Virus record (IMG/VR): IMGVR_UViG_3300014039_000009
Location: 1-38,166 of that record
Source of the DNA: a virus
Direction: 5' to 3' (one strand)
Length of the DNA: 38,166 nt
This document shows positions 26,328 through 33,020 of the stretch, in pieces. The translations under genes were made by a program, and so were the position numbers. The notes under the pieces were generated by a model that was given only the letters and a program-made list of their open reading frames with translations, had not been told where the DNA came from and made no database searches. Each line of letters begins with the position of its first letter. Position 1 is the stretch's first letter.

Positions 26328-26936
26328 ATGTGGAAAAAATCATTTATCTTTTTGGTGGTCTGTCTCTTGGCAGCATCTTCACTTTATTGCTATCCCTCTT
26401 GGGTCTATGGCAAAAAGGAAACTCTGCAAAAAGTGGAGATTCCTGTAGAGACCAAGGAAGAGATTCCAACAGTGGCAATGGAAGAGGAACCAGCACCAGC
26501 AGAGGAGCAGGAGACACCCGAGAGCTCTTTGAACTCGGACGAACCATTGCCAAACGAAACATTGAAGGAGCAGGGAGAACAGTTGAAAAACTCTCTGAAA
26601 GAGGAGAAGGTATCAACGGCAGTAATCGAACAGGTATCTGAATATATCGAAAATACAAATCTCGGAGTTGATGTTATGACAGAGGCTTATAATTTAGAAG
26701 TTGAAAATCATGCAGAAACAGAGAGAGCATTAAAGAAGGTAACAAATGCTTTTCGTTTTACTGTTAATCCTTATATATCCTTTGATAAGAATTTTAAACA
26801 GCTAGAAGGCTATGGCTTGAATTTGATTGTAGCAAAGAAAGGCTTAGGAATCTCAATTGGAGCATATAAGCCAAGCTTCAGTTTTGAAAATTGGGAAGAC
26901 ACTCTGTTAACCACTGGTTTGTCTTTTACCTTTTAA
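26328..26936 (+). CDS. Secreted protein with an acidic/Pro-rich linker and an OMP-like beta C-terminus ending in Phe
   Basis: Signal peptide MWKKSFIFLVVCLLAASSLYC; alternating hydrophobic pattern in the C-terminal region; terminal GLSFTF. Confidence 0.7.
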   Translation: MWKKSFIFLVVCLLAASSLYCYPSWVYGKKETLQKVEIPVETKEEIPTVAMEEEPAPAEEQETPESSLNSDEPLPNETLKEQGEQLKNSLKEEKVSTAVIEQVSEYIENTNLGVDVMTEAYNLEVENHAETERALKKVTNAFRFTVNPYISFDKNFKQLEGYGLNLIVAKKGLGISIGAYKPSFSFENWEDTLLTTGLSFTF

Positions 26937-27313
26937 AAATAATATACAATATTAAATGTAGATAAAAGTTTTTGTTCATTTCTAAAAGCAAACTCCTTAT
27001 TTAAAGATTATTTGTCCCTCGATGTTTTTATCTTCCTTTGGTTTCATCGGGGGGCATCTTTTTGTGTATAAAATGTGTAAACACAAAAGCAAGATTTCTT
27101 TTGCTCTATATAAAAATCAAAAATATATCTTTTATTCACAAAACAATGCTTTTGCTGTTTATAAAAAGGATGGCACAGACTTCACACGGCAATGCCTTTA
27201 TCGGGCTATTTCTATATAATATAAATATTTATAAAAAGTCATGCTGTTTATTTGTGTATGTTTTTGTGTATGAATCACTTGTTTTATCAAAAAAACAGGC
27301 TTAATCTATTTTT

Positions 27314-28516
27314 ATGAAAATCAGTGAAAAATTATATAAGTTGCATTTTTTTAAAAATCGCAACATTGAAGCCGTGTTCTCTCATATGCCATACAAAAGA
27401 GTTTCGACAGGAACAAAGGATATAACAGAGGCTGTTCTTTTTTGTGAGAATTTTCTAAAGAATGAAGGAATCCTCGGCGATAAGATTCCTTTATTTTCTG
27501 AATTTGCAAAAGATTTTTACACAAGAAGAGATTATGACTCTATCTATGCAAGAGATAAAGCATTCGGTAGAGAGAAAAGAGAAAACTGGTATATAGATAT
27601 GCAAAGAAATTTAGATAAGTATCTAATGCCAAGATTCAAAGATTATCCGATTGATTCCGTAAAACCTCTAAACATAGAAACATGGTTAATAGGACTACAG
27701 GAAATTGGTGCATGTTCTAAAAGAAAAATTCTCAATACTCTTAGAGTTATTCTCGATGATGCAATAAGAAAAGATTATATAAAAATAAATCCTGCAAGAA
27801 CTGTGAAGCCTCCAACAGAAAAAAGAGCTCAAAAAGAAAGACGAGCTTTTTCTTTTTATGAATTAGACGAATTATTCCCTAAAGATGCCAACAAAAGAAT
27901 CAAGATATGGGAAAATTTGATGTATGCAACATATTTTTCAATCATGTTTGATACAGGATTTAGACCCTGTGAAATTTCAGGCTTATTTGTTGGCAATGTC
28001 TATTCTACACCTCAAGGATTGGCAGTTTATACAACACACACATATAACACAGAATTGGGAAAAATCGTCGAAAGGGTAAAAACATCAGGCAAGGGCATGG
28101 AATCAAGGGTTGGTCTTTTATCTGATTTAACAAAAAAACTAGTTATTATGTATTTGGACGAAATAAAAACAACAGAGGAAAGAGAACCTCTCTTTTTAAA
28201 AAACAGAGCAAATAAAAACAGTATATTCACTCCACGGCTTGCAAATAAGAATTTTAAAAGAATATGCAAAAAATATAATATCGAAAATGTTACACAATAT
28301 GCTCTTCGTCATACCTTTACAACATATAGAAGAGGGAATGTAAACGAAAATGCCCTTGCAATTGCAATGGGACATACAAACGGTGTTAGAGATGATTATG
28401 ACCACAGAACAGCATCTATATTAATTGCACAGCTAGAGCAGGAAAGAGGAAAGATGTTCTCAGAAGAAGCACAGGATAAAGGTATTACACCTTTACTAGA
28501 AAAAAAACATGGATAA
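27314..28516 (+). CDS. int: Tyrosine recombinase / phage integrase
   Basis: Motifs DTGFRPCE, ALRHTFTTY and GHTNGVRDDYDHR supply the Arg, His-x-x-Arg and Tyr signature. Confidence 0.93.
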   Translation: MKISEKLYKLHFFKNRNIEAVFSHMPYKRVSTGTKDITEAVLFCENFLKNEGILGDKIPLFSEFAKDFYTRRDYDSIYARDKAFGREKRENWYIDMQRNLDKYLMPRFKDYPIDSVKPLNIETWLIGLQEIGACSKRKILNTLRVILDDAIRKDYIKINPARTVKPPTEKRAQKERRAFSFYELDELFPKDANKRIKIWENLMYATYFSIMFDTGFRPCEISGLFVGNVYSTPQGLAVYTTHTYNTELGKIVERVKTSGKGMESRVGLLSDLTKKLVIMYLDEIKTTEEREPLFLKNRANKNSIFTPRLANKNFKRICKKYNIENVTQYALRHTFTTYRRGNVNENALAIAMGHTNGVRDDYDHRTASILIAQLEQERGKMFSEEAQDKGITPLLEKKHG

Positions 28517-28522
28517 AAAAAT

Positions 28523-28542
28523 GAGAGGGTCGATGCCCTCTC
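28523..28542. terminator. Hairpin between convergent int and minus-strand genes
   Basis: gagaggg-tcgatg-ccctctc, followed by ttt. Confidence 0.6.
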
Positions 28543-28544
28543 TT

Positions 28545-28733
28545 TCAGTCTCTACTCCAAATCATAAAGCCTTTTTTCAATGTCCTGATATCTTCTCTTT
28601 GAGCGTCAATGTAACGCTGAACCCTTTCAGGCTCATTTGTCCACTCCAGCTCTTTTCTTAAAAGTTGGATATAGTGGCGAGCCTGTATAATTAACTCGCC
28701 TGCAACATGTTTATTTACCTTTTTTACTATCAT
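28545..28733 (-). CDS. Hypothetical 62-aa protein
   Basis: The internal Met (MIVKKVNKH...) is preceded by GAGGAA. The longer track ORF would overlap the upstream gene by 113 nt. Confidence 0.55.
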   Translation of the reverse strand: MIVKKVNKHVAGELIIQARHYIQLLRKELEWTNEPERVQRYIDAQREDIRTLKKGFMIWSRD

Positions 28734-29022
28734 CTTTTTCCTCTTCTTCGTCCCATGCAACAACATAACCTTTATATCTAAACTCGTCTGCCAAATTGCA
28801 AGCAACAGCAATAAGGTTGGCAAATTTTAGAGCCTTTGAAGAATTTACAGCTCCCAAACTCTCGAAACGAATATCGAGGCGAGCGCCATCAGCTTCTTTA
28901 TAATCGTCAAACACGACAGTATATTTGCTAAAGCCAAAATGCCTACAGGCTTCAGCTAGATTATTTTGAGCCATTTTAACCGACCTTCTAAACCTATCAA
29001 TTTTTACTATCTTCTTATCCAT
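28711..29022 (-). CDS. Hypothetical 103-aa protein with an acidic tail
   Basis: AAGGAG RBS and its own promoter block upstream. Confidence 0.65.
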   Translation of the reverse strand: MDKKIVKIDRFRRSVKMAQNNLAEACRHFGFSKYTVVFDDYKEADGARLDIRFESLGAVNSSKALKFANLIAVACNLADEFRYKGYVVAWDEEEEKDDSKKGK

Positions 29023-29030
29023 CTTTTCTA

Positions 29031-29063
29031 TCTCCTTATTTACATATATAATATTATATATTT
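29031..29063 (-). promoter_or_regulatory. Promoter/5'UTR block, copy A
   Basis: In sense orientation it reads aaatatataatattatatatg-taaataaggaga and abuts the ATG at 29022. Confidence 0.55.
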
Positions 29064-29103
29064 CAAAAAGAGTCTAGCAATTTGTTATAAAAGAACGAAT
29101 TAT

Positions 29104-29133
29104 TAAAAAAATAAGCCATTTTAATTATGGCTT
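29104..29133 (-). terminator. Minus-strand terminator overlapping the stop codon of the RHH gene
   Basis: aagccat/atggctt stem, followed by atttttttaa on the minus strand. Confidence 0.6.
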
Positions 29134-29298
29134 ATTCATTTGTTGCTTAATCCAAGCATTGAGAGAGATTCCTTCTTCTCCTGCCTTTTTTTTGGCATGA
29201 TAATAAATATCATGCTCCTCGGGAGCAAAGGTTAGATTGAATTGAATCAACCTTTGCAAGTTCTTCTGTTGAGCTCTTTTCAGGGCTTCTGACCTCAT
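29125..29298 (-). CDS. Ribbon-helix-helix (CopG/Arc-like) protein, 57 aa
   Basis: Start at MRSEAL... is preceded by GAGGAG and forms an ATGA overlap with the upstream gene. The IQFNLTF strand is followed by two helices. Confidence 0.6.
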   Translation of the reverse strand: MRSEALKRAQQKNLQRLIQFNLTFAPEEHDIYYHAKKKAGEEGISLNAWIKQQMNKP

Positions 29299-29498
29299 AG
29301 TATCTCTCCTCTTGCGATTCTCTCGCAATCCTTTTTTGAGGTAATTAGATTTACCTCTAGACCTTTTTGGGGTTTTACGCCGTCAAAAGTGTTGTTGATG
29401 ACGTTTTTTACCGAGAGCCAACGATTTACGTAGGCTCTATCAAGGTGGTATCTGTTTCGATACCATGCTCTAACTTTTTTAATCTCTTTACCTGTCAT
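29295..29498 (-). CDS. Small basic hypothetical protein (67 aa)
   Basis: GAGGAG RBS; 6 nt after the acidic-protein gene. Confidence 0.6.
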   Translation of the reverse strand: MTGKEIKKVRAWYRNRYHLDRAYVNRWLSVKNVINNTFDGVKPQKGLEVNLITSKKDCERIARGEIL

Positions 29499-29504
29499 TT
29501 TTTC

Positions 29505-30131
29505 TTACTCCTCGTCGTAGTCGTAATCCATGTCGCCTAAATCGACATCGCAAGCATTCCAGTCTGCAAAGAATCCGTCCTCAAATTCTATGCGACCTTC
29601 GCCTTCATATGGTTTGACATTAAACCATTTTCTGAATTCGAGAATTTTCCCGTCTTTTACAATCTGTAAAAAGCTATCCTCTCTATAACCGCCATTTTTA
29701 ATAATGGCGTCAGCCTCTCGTTCTGCCTCCACTAAAGACTTAGCATTGAGTTTTGCTTCATCATATAAGCAATCATAAAGATGAAATTTCCCGTCTTTGA
29801 TGATTGTTACTGAATCAGGCTTTGATAGTTCGAGAGTGATATCGTAATCCTCTGATACAGCTATCTCTTTCAGATGCTCTTCATCATCAACTGAAAAATA
29901 CTCTTCTTTAATAAGATTAAACTCTTCATCAGAGAGTTCTCGCTTAACAGCCTTAATGACTGTTTCGTGCTTGTCAGATGAGCATAATCTTTCCCACATA
30001 GAACAAGCCTCTATGCCAGCATCTTCGGCACTCTTGCAGAGAACTGTCCAAGAGCCCTCAGACTTAAATTCTTTACCAAAAATTCCGTCTCTCCAAAATC
30101 CTGATTCCTTTAAAACTCCAAATAATTCCAT
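29505..30131 (-). CDS. Strongly acidic 208-aa hypothetical protein
   Basis: AAAGGAG RBS. Very high D/E content, and the protein ends DMDYDYDEE. Confidence 0.75.
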   Translation of the reverse strand: MELFGVLKESGFWRDGIFGKEFKSEGSWTVLCKSAEDAGIEACSMWERLCSSDKHETVIKAVKRELSDEEFNLIKEEYFSVDDEEHLKEIAVSEDYDITLELSKPDSVTIIKDGKFHLYDCLYDEAKLNAKSLVEAEREADAIIKNGGYREDSFLQIVKDGKILEFRKWFNVKPYEGEGRIEFEDGFFADWNACDVDLGDMDYDYDEE

Positions 30132-30180
30132 ATTTTTCTCCTTTATTAAATTTAGAGGGCTAGGCTATAGCCCTCCTATT

Positions 30181-30483
30181 TTAAAATTCAAATGTCCCAG
30201 CTTTCTTGTAAATCTTAGAGACATTTTGCTCAGTCAAGAAAGCAGTGAATCTCTTGTCAGCTTCTTCTCTGTTAGAAGCATGGAAGCTTTCACAGAGAAC
30301 CTGTTTTCCCCATTTATGAAGAAGATATTTACCTTCTTCATAGTCCTCTTTCTTGCTAGTTTCGATGTAGAATTCGGACTTATTGTCCTCTTTCATGTAC
30401 ATTGAAAATGACACACGGGGGAACATATTGTTTGGATATGCTTCACAATATGCAACTAAATAATCATCATGTATGTTTAACAT
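30181..30483 (-). CDS. Hypothetical 100-aa protein
   Basis: AAGGAG RBS and its own promoter block upstream. Confidence 0.7.
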   Translation of the reverse strand: MLNIHDDYLVAYCEAYPNNMFPRVSFSMYMKEDNKSEFYIETSKKEDYEEGKYLLHKWGKQVLCESFHASNREEADKRFTAFLTEQNVSKIYKKAGTFEF

Positions 30484-30490
30484 CTCTTTT

Positions 30491-30524
30491 TCTCCTTATT
30501 TATACATATATAATATTATATATT
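30491..30524 (-). promoter_or_regulatory. Promoter/5'UTR block, copy B
   Basis: Same block as copy A with a 2-nt insertion; it abuts the ATG at 30483. Confidence 0.55.
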
Positions 30525-30582
30525 TAATATTTTGTCTACTCTTATCGGAAAAAATCAGACATTTTTTCTTAATTTTTTATGA

Positions 30583-31062
30583 TTACCAGTTCGTCGGCTT
30601 ACTGTTTAATGCTTGCTCTAAAGATAATGCAGTGGCAATTCTATCAGCTTCATAAAGATTTAAAGCATTCTCTGTGAGAGGAGATGATGAATAGTCGTAG
30701 CTATCCTTGATTGAGGTCGGATTAGATATAGTCAATCTAACTTTGCCGTCTTTCGTCTCAACTGTAATAATGCTCTCGATAATCATTGATGTTAAGCCTT
30801 GTGCAACTTCTGTTGTATATTTTCCTTTCAAAAGTCCCGATTGTTTATCACTAATTTCTAAGACCGATTTTGAGTCTTTAAAGCTATCAACAAACCAAGA
30901 TGCAGCAGAAACAAACAGTTCGTCTTTTGTTTTGTTCTCAACTGTAATAATTTGCGAGAAAGACGAAATATCATCTTTGTAGATAGTTGCACATGATGTG
31001 CATAGAGTTACAATTGCAAAAACGATTAACAATAAATACAATACGGATTTTTTCATTTTCAT
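30583..31062 (-). CDS. Lipoprotein (DUF4468-like pattern)
   Basis: Signal peptide plus LCTSC lipobox. The mature part resembles the pattern KDELF..A..WF...F......L...D...G.L.GK. Confidence 0.8.
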   Translation of the reverse strand: MKMKKSVLYLLLIVFAIVTLCTSCATIYKDDISSFSQIITVENKTKDELFVSAASWFVDSFKDSKSVLEISDKQSGLLKGKYTTEVAQGLTSMIIESIITVETKDGKVRLTISNPTSIKDSYDYSSSPLTENALNLYEADRIATALSLEQALNSKPTNW

Positions 31063-31065
31063 TTT

Positions 31066-31100
31066 CTCTCCTTAATAATCCTATATATATATTATATAGA
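31066..31100 (-). promoter_or_regulatory. Promoter/5'UTR block, copy C (diverged)
   Basis: Shares the ctatataatatat core and AAGGAGA with copies A and B; lies upstream of the lipoprotein gene. Confidence 0.45.
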
Positions 31101-31129
31101 CCATTTTTTTTGATAATAAAAAAATATCA

Positions 31130-31501
31130 TCAACTAATTTTGTTTTTATTTTTATTTTCTGTCTTCTCAAAGCTCTCTATAACAAGGGATAGAGCCTCCA
31201 AAAGATGCTCATCCCTCATAATGGCTCTAATCAGAGCTCTTGCTTGTGGATTTGTTCTCACATATTCAACTTCAGGAGAGTTGCAGAATGATTCTCTTCC
31301 CGTTAATAAGTAATTCACATCTGTATGCAAATAATCAGCAATTCTTATTAAATCTTCTATATTTGGTAACCGATTTTCACTCCGATTGTCTCTTATTCGA
31401 TTGTATTTCAGATTTAAATCTTTACATATCTGAGTGACAGTCAGATTTCCTTTCTTTTCATCGACTCTTTGCCAAAATTCATATCCTAAATTTTCATTCA
31501 T
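31130..31501 (-). CDS. CI-like XRE-family HTH repressor (123 aa, no S24 peptidase domain)
   Basis: I start it at MNENLGYEFW (ATG at 31501). The HTH is TVTQICKDLNLKYNRIRD...IEDLIRIADYLHTDVNYLLTG. The upstream part of the track ORF runs through the operator region. Confidence 0.8.
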   Translation of the reverse strand: MNENLGYEFWQRVDEKKGNLTVTQICKDLNLKYNRIRDNRSENRLPNIEDLIRIADYLHTDVNYLLTGRESFCNSPEVEYVRTNPQARALIRAIMRDEHLLEALSLVIESFEKTENKNKNKIS

Positions 31502-31526
31502 AAGCTCATTTAAATTTTTTGTCGGA

Positions 31527-31559
31527 AAAAATGCTACAAAAATGTAACAAAAATGTAGC
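31527..31559. promoter_or_regulatory. Three tandem 11-bp direct repeats (candidate operators)
   Basis: aaaaatgctac / aaaaatgtaac / aaaaatgtagc, located between the divergent repressor and Cro-like genes. The outer gctaca/tgtagc pair forms an inverted repeat. Confidence 0.6.
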
Positions 31560-31639
31560 TTAGTCTGAAAAAATACTATATAATATATTTGAATGTAGGG
31601 TAAAACCCGATATATTTTTATTATGGAGGTTTGTAAGGA

Positions 31640-31825
31640 ATGAAGGATTACACAGGGCAGTTGAGGACAAGAATTACTCCTGCCGAGTATAAAGCCTTCA
31701 AGGCTCTTGCTAGAGAGCATGGCATGACAATTACTGGCTATATTGATGCCATAATTCGTCAGGAATTAAGCAAGAAACAATGTGTTTCTTGTAATGATTT
31801 TAGAAGGAACTCAGTCTCAGAGTAG
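31640..31825 (+). CDS. RHH protein in the Cro position
   Basis: GGAGG RBS. QLRTRITPAEYKAFKALAREHGMTITGYIDAIIRQEL is an Arc/CopG-type fold pattern. Confidence 0.65.
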   Translation: MKDYTGQLRTRITPAEYKAFKALAREHGMTITGYIDAIIRQELSKKQCVSCNDFRRNSVSE

Positions 31826-31860
31826 TGAGAAAATCTTAATTATAAGGAGAAAATCAGCAA

Positions 31861-31971
31861 ATGAAAAAGGAAGAAAAAAAGACAAAGGCTATTAACATCT
31901 CTGCTAATAGCTGGGTAATTATCGACAATGAATTTATCATTATCGATAGAAAAAAGGGAGCTAAGAAATGA
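31861..31971 (+). CDS. Possible 36-aa ORF (not in track)
   Basis: AAGGAG RBS and an ATGA overlap with the next gene. Translation: MKKEEKKTKAINISANSWVIIDNEFIIIDRKKGAKK. Confidence 0.45.
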   Translation: MKKEEKKTKAINISANSWVIIDNEFIIIDRKKGAKK

Positions 31972-32312
31972 CAGTCCAGCTCCCTGAAATTGAAAAATTA
32001 GAGACTACAATCTCTAATCTCAAATGTGAATTTAATTATTTCATGACTACAAGTTATCTTGTCAAGAAGACTGTGACAATTTCGGATATTGCAAGATTGG
32101 AAGGTGTATCTGTTTCACAGCTTAGAAAAGGTGGCAAAGAGCGTTATTTACTCCCACGCTTTGGCGTGTCAGGATACCCAACTGGCGCCGTCAGGTGGAA
32201 TATCTCTGAATATCTCGAGTGGAGGGCTGTAGACCCGAGAGAAAGACAGCAAGCCTATTTAGAGTCCTTAAAAAATAGGACTATAAGGGCTTATAACGAG
32301 AAGAGGGCTTGA
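31968..32312 (+). CDS. HTH DNA-binding protein (excisionase-like candidate)
   Basis: TISDIARLEGVSVSQLRK followed by a W..SEYLEW pattern; located in the early operon. Confidence 0.5.
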   Translation: MTVQLPEIEKLETTISNLKCEFNYFMTTSYLVKKTVTISDIARLEGVSVSQLRKGGKERYLLPRFGVSGYPTGAVRWNISEYLEWRAVDPRERQQAYLESLKNRTIRAYNEKRA

Positions 32313-32315
32313 GCC

Positions 32316-33020
32316 ATGAAAAGACTCGTTATCCATGATTATGACACATGGATTGCTCAGAGGAAAAACCTCATACAGGCTTCGGACGCAGCATCTATCC
32401 TTGGAATAAGCCCTTGGAAGACAGACGCTCAGTTATGGGACGAGAAGTCAAAAGGCATCACAGAAGATATATCCTCAAAGCCATGTATCATTTATGGCAA
32501 GAAGATGGAGCCCGTCATTAGAGAATCTTTCTTGATTGATAATCCATATTTCTCATGCGATTATCATGAGTTTGATATTCTCGTGAGTGATGCTAGACCA
32601 TGGCAGGGTTGCACCTTAGACGGAGAGTTATCTGTAGAAACTCCCTTTAATCCGTGGGGCTTATGCTTTGGAGATAGAGGCATTCTTGAATGCAAAACTG
32701 GTTCTTTTAGAGGCTTTAAAGACTTGCAGGATTGGGAAGAAATTCCTCGGCATTACTACTGGCAGATTCTACATCAATTGTCAGTAACGGGGTGGGATTT
32801 CGTCATTCTCACAGCACGCCTTAAGAGAGACGCCTTTAAGGACGAAGATAAGGGATTCCCACAGATAGAGCACAGATCCTTCATTCTTTACAGAAAAGCC
32901 GTAGGAGATGATTTAGAGCTTTTGAATGAAGCAGAAGAGAAATTCTATCAGTCACTCAAAAGTGGAATAAGACCAACATTTAAATTATCAACAAAGGAGA
33001 TTATAAAATGGCAGATTTAG
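32316..33020 (+). CDS. YqaJ-like (lambda Exo-type PD-(D/E)XK) exonuclease
   Basis: ASDAASILGISPWKT...YGKKMEP...LDGE...ILECKTG. Confidence 0.85.
   Translation: MKRLVIHDYDTWIAQRKNLIQASDAASILGISPWKTDAQLWDEKSKGITEDISSKPCIIYGKKMEPVIRESFLIDNPYFSCDYHEFDILVSDARPWQGCTLDGELSVETPFNPWGLCFGDRGILECKTGSFRGFKDLQDWEEIPRHYYWQILHQLSVTGWDFVILTARLKRDAFKDEDKGFPQIEHRSFILYRKAVGDDLELLNEAEEKFYQSLKSGIRPTFKLSTKEIIKWQI

Noticed and set aside
26330-26658. Alternative-frame ORFs 26330..26641 (+) and 26344..26658 (-) inside the secreted-protein gene.
   Set aside because: They are frame shadows of the GA-rich acidic-linker region. The frame starting at 26328 has the RBS, the signal peptide and the full length.
27022-27304. 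Track ORFs in the int-upstream region.
   Set aside because: They are AT-rich with no RBS and have Phe/Ile/Lys/Tyr-rich, low-complexity translations. The region is better read as attP/regulatory DNA.
31502-31720. The long form (196 aa) of the repressor ORF.
   Set aside because: The extra 73 codons cover the operator/promoter repeats and overlap the Cro-like gene start. Their translation is Ile/Phe/Tyr-rich non-protein-like sequence.
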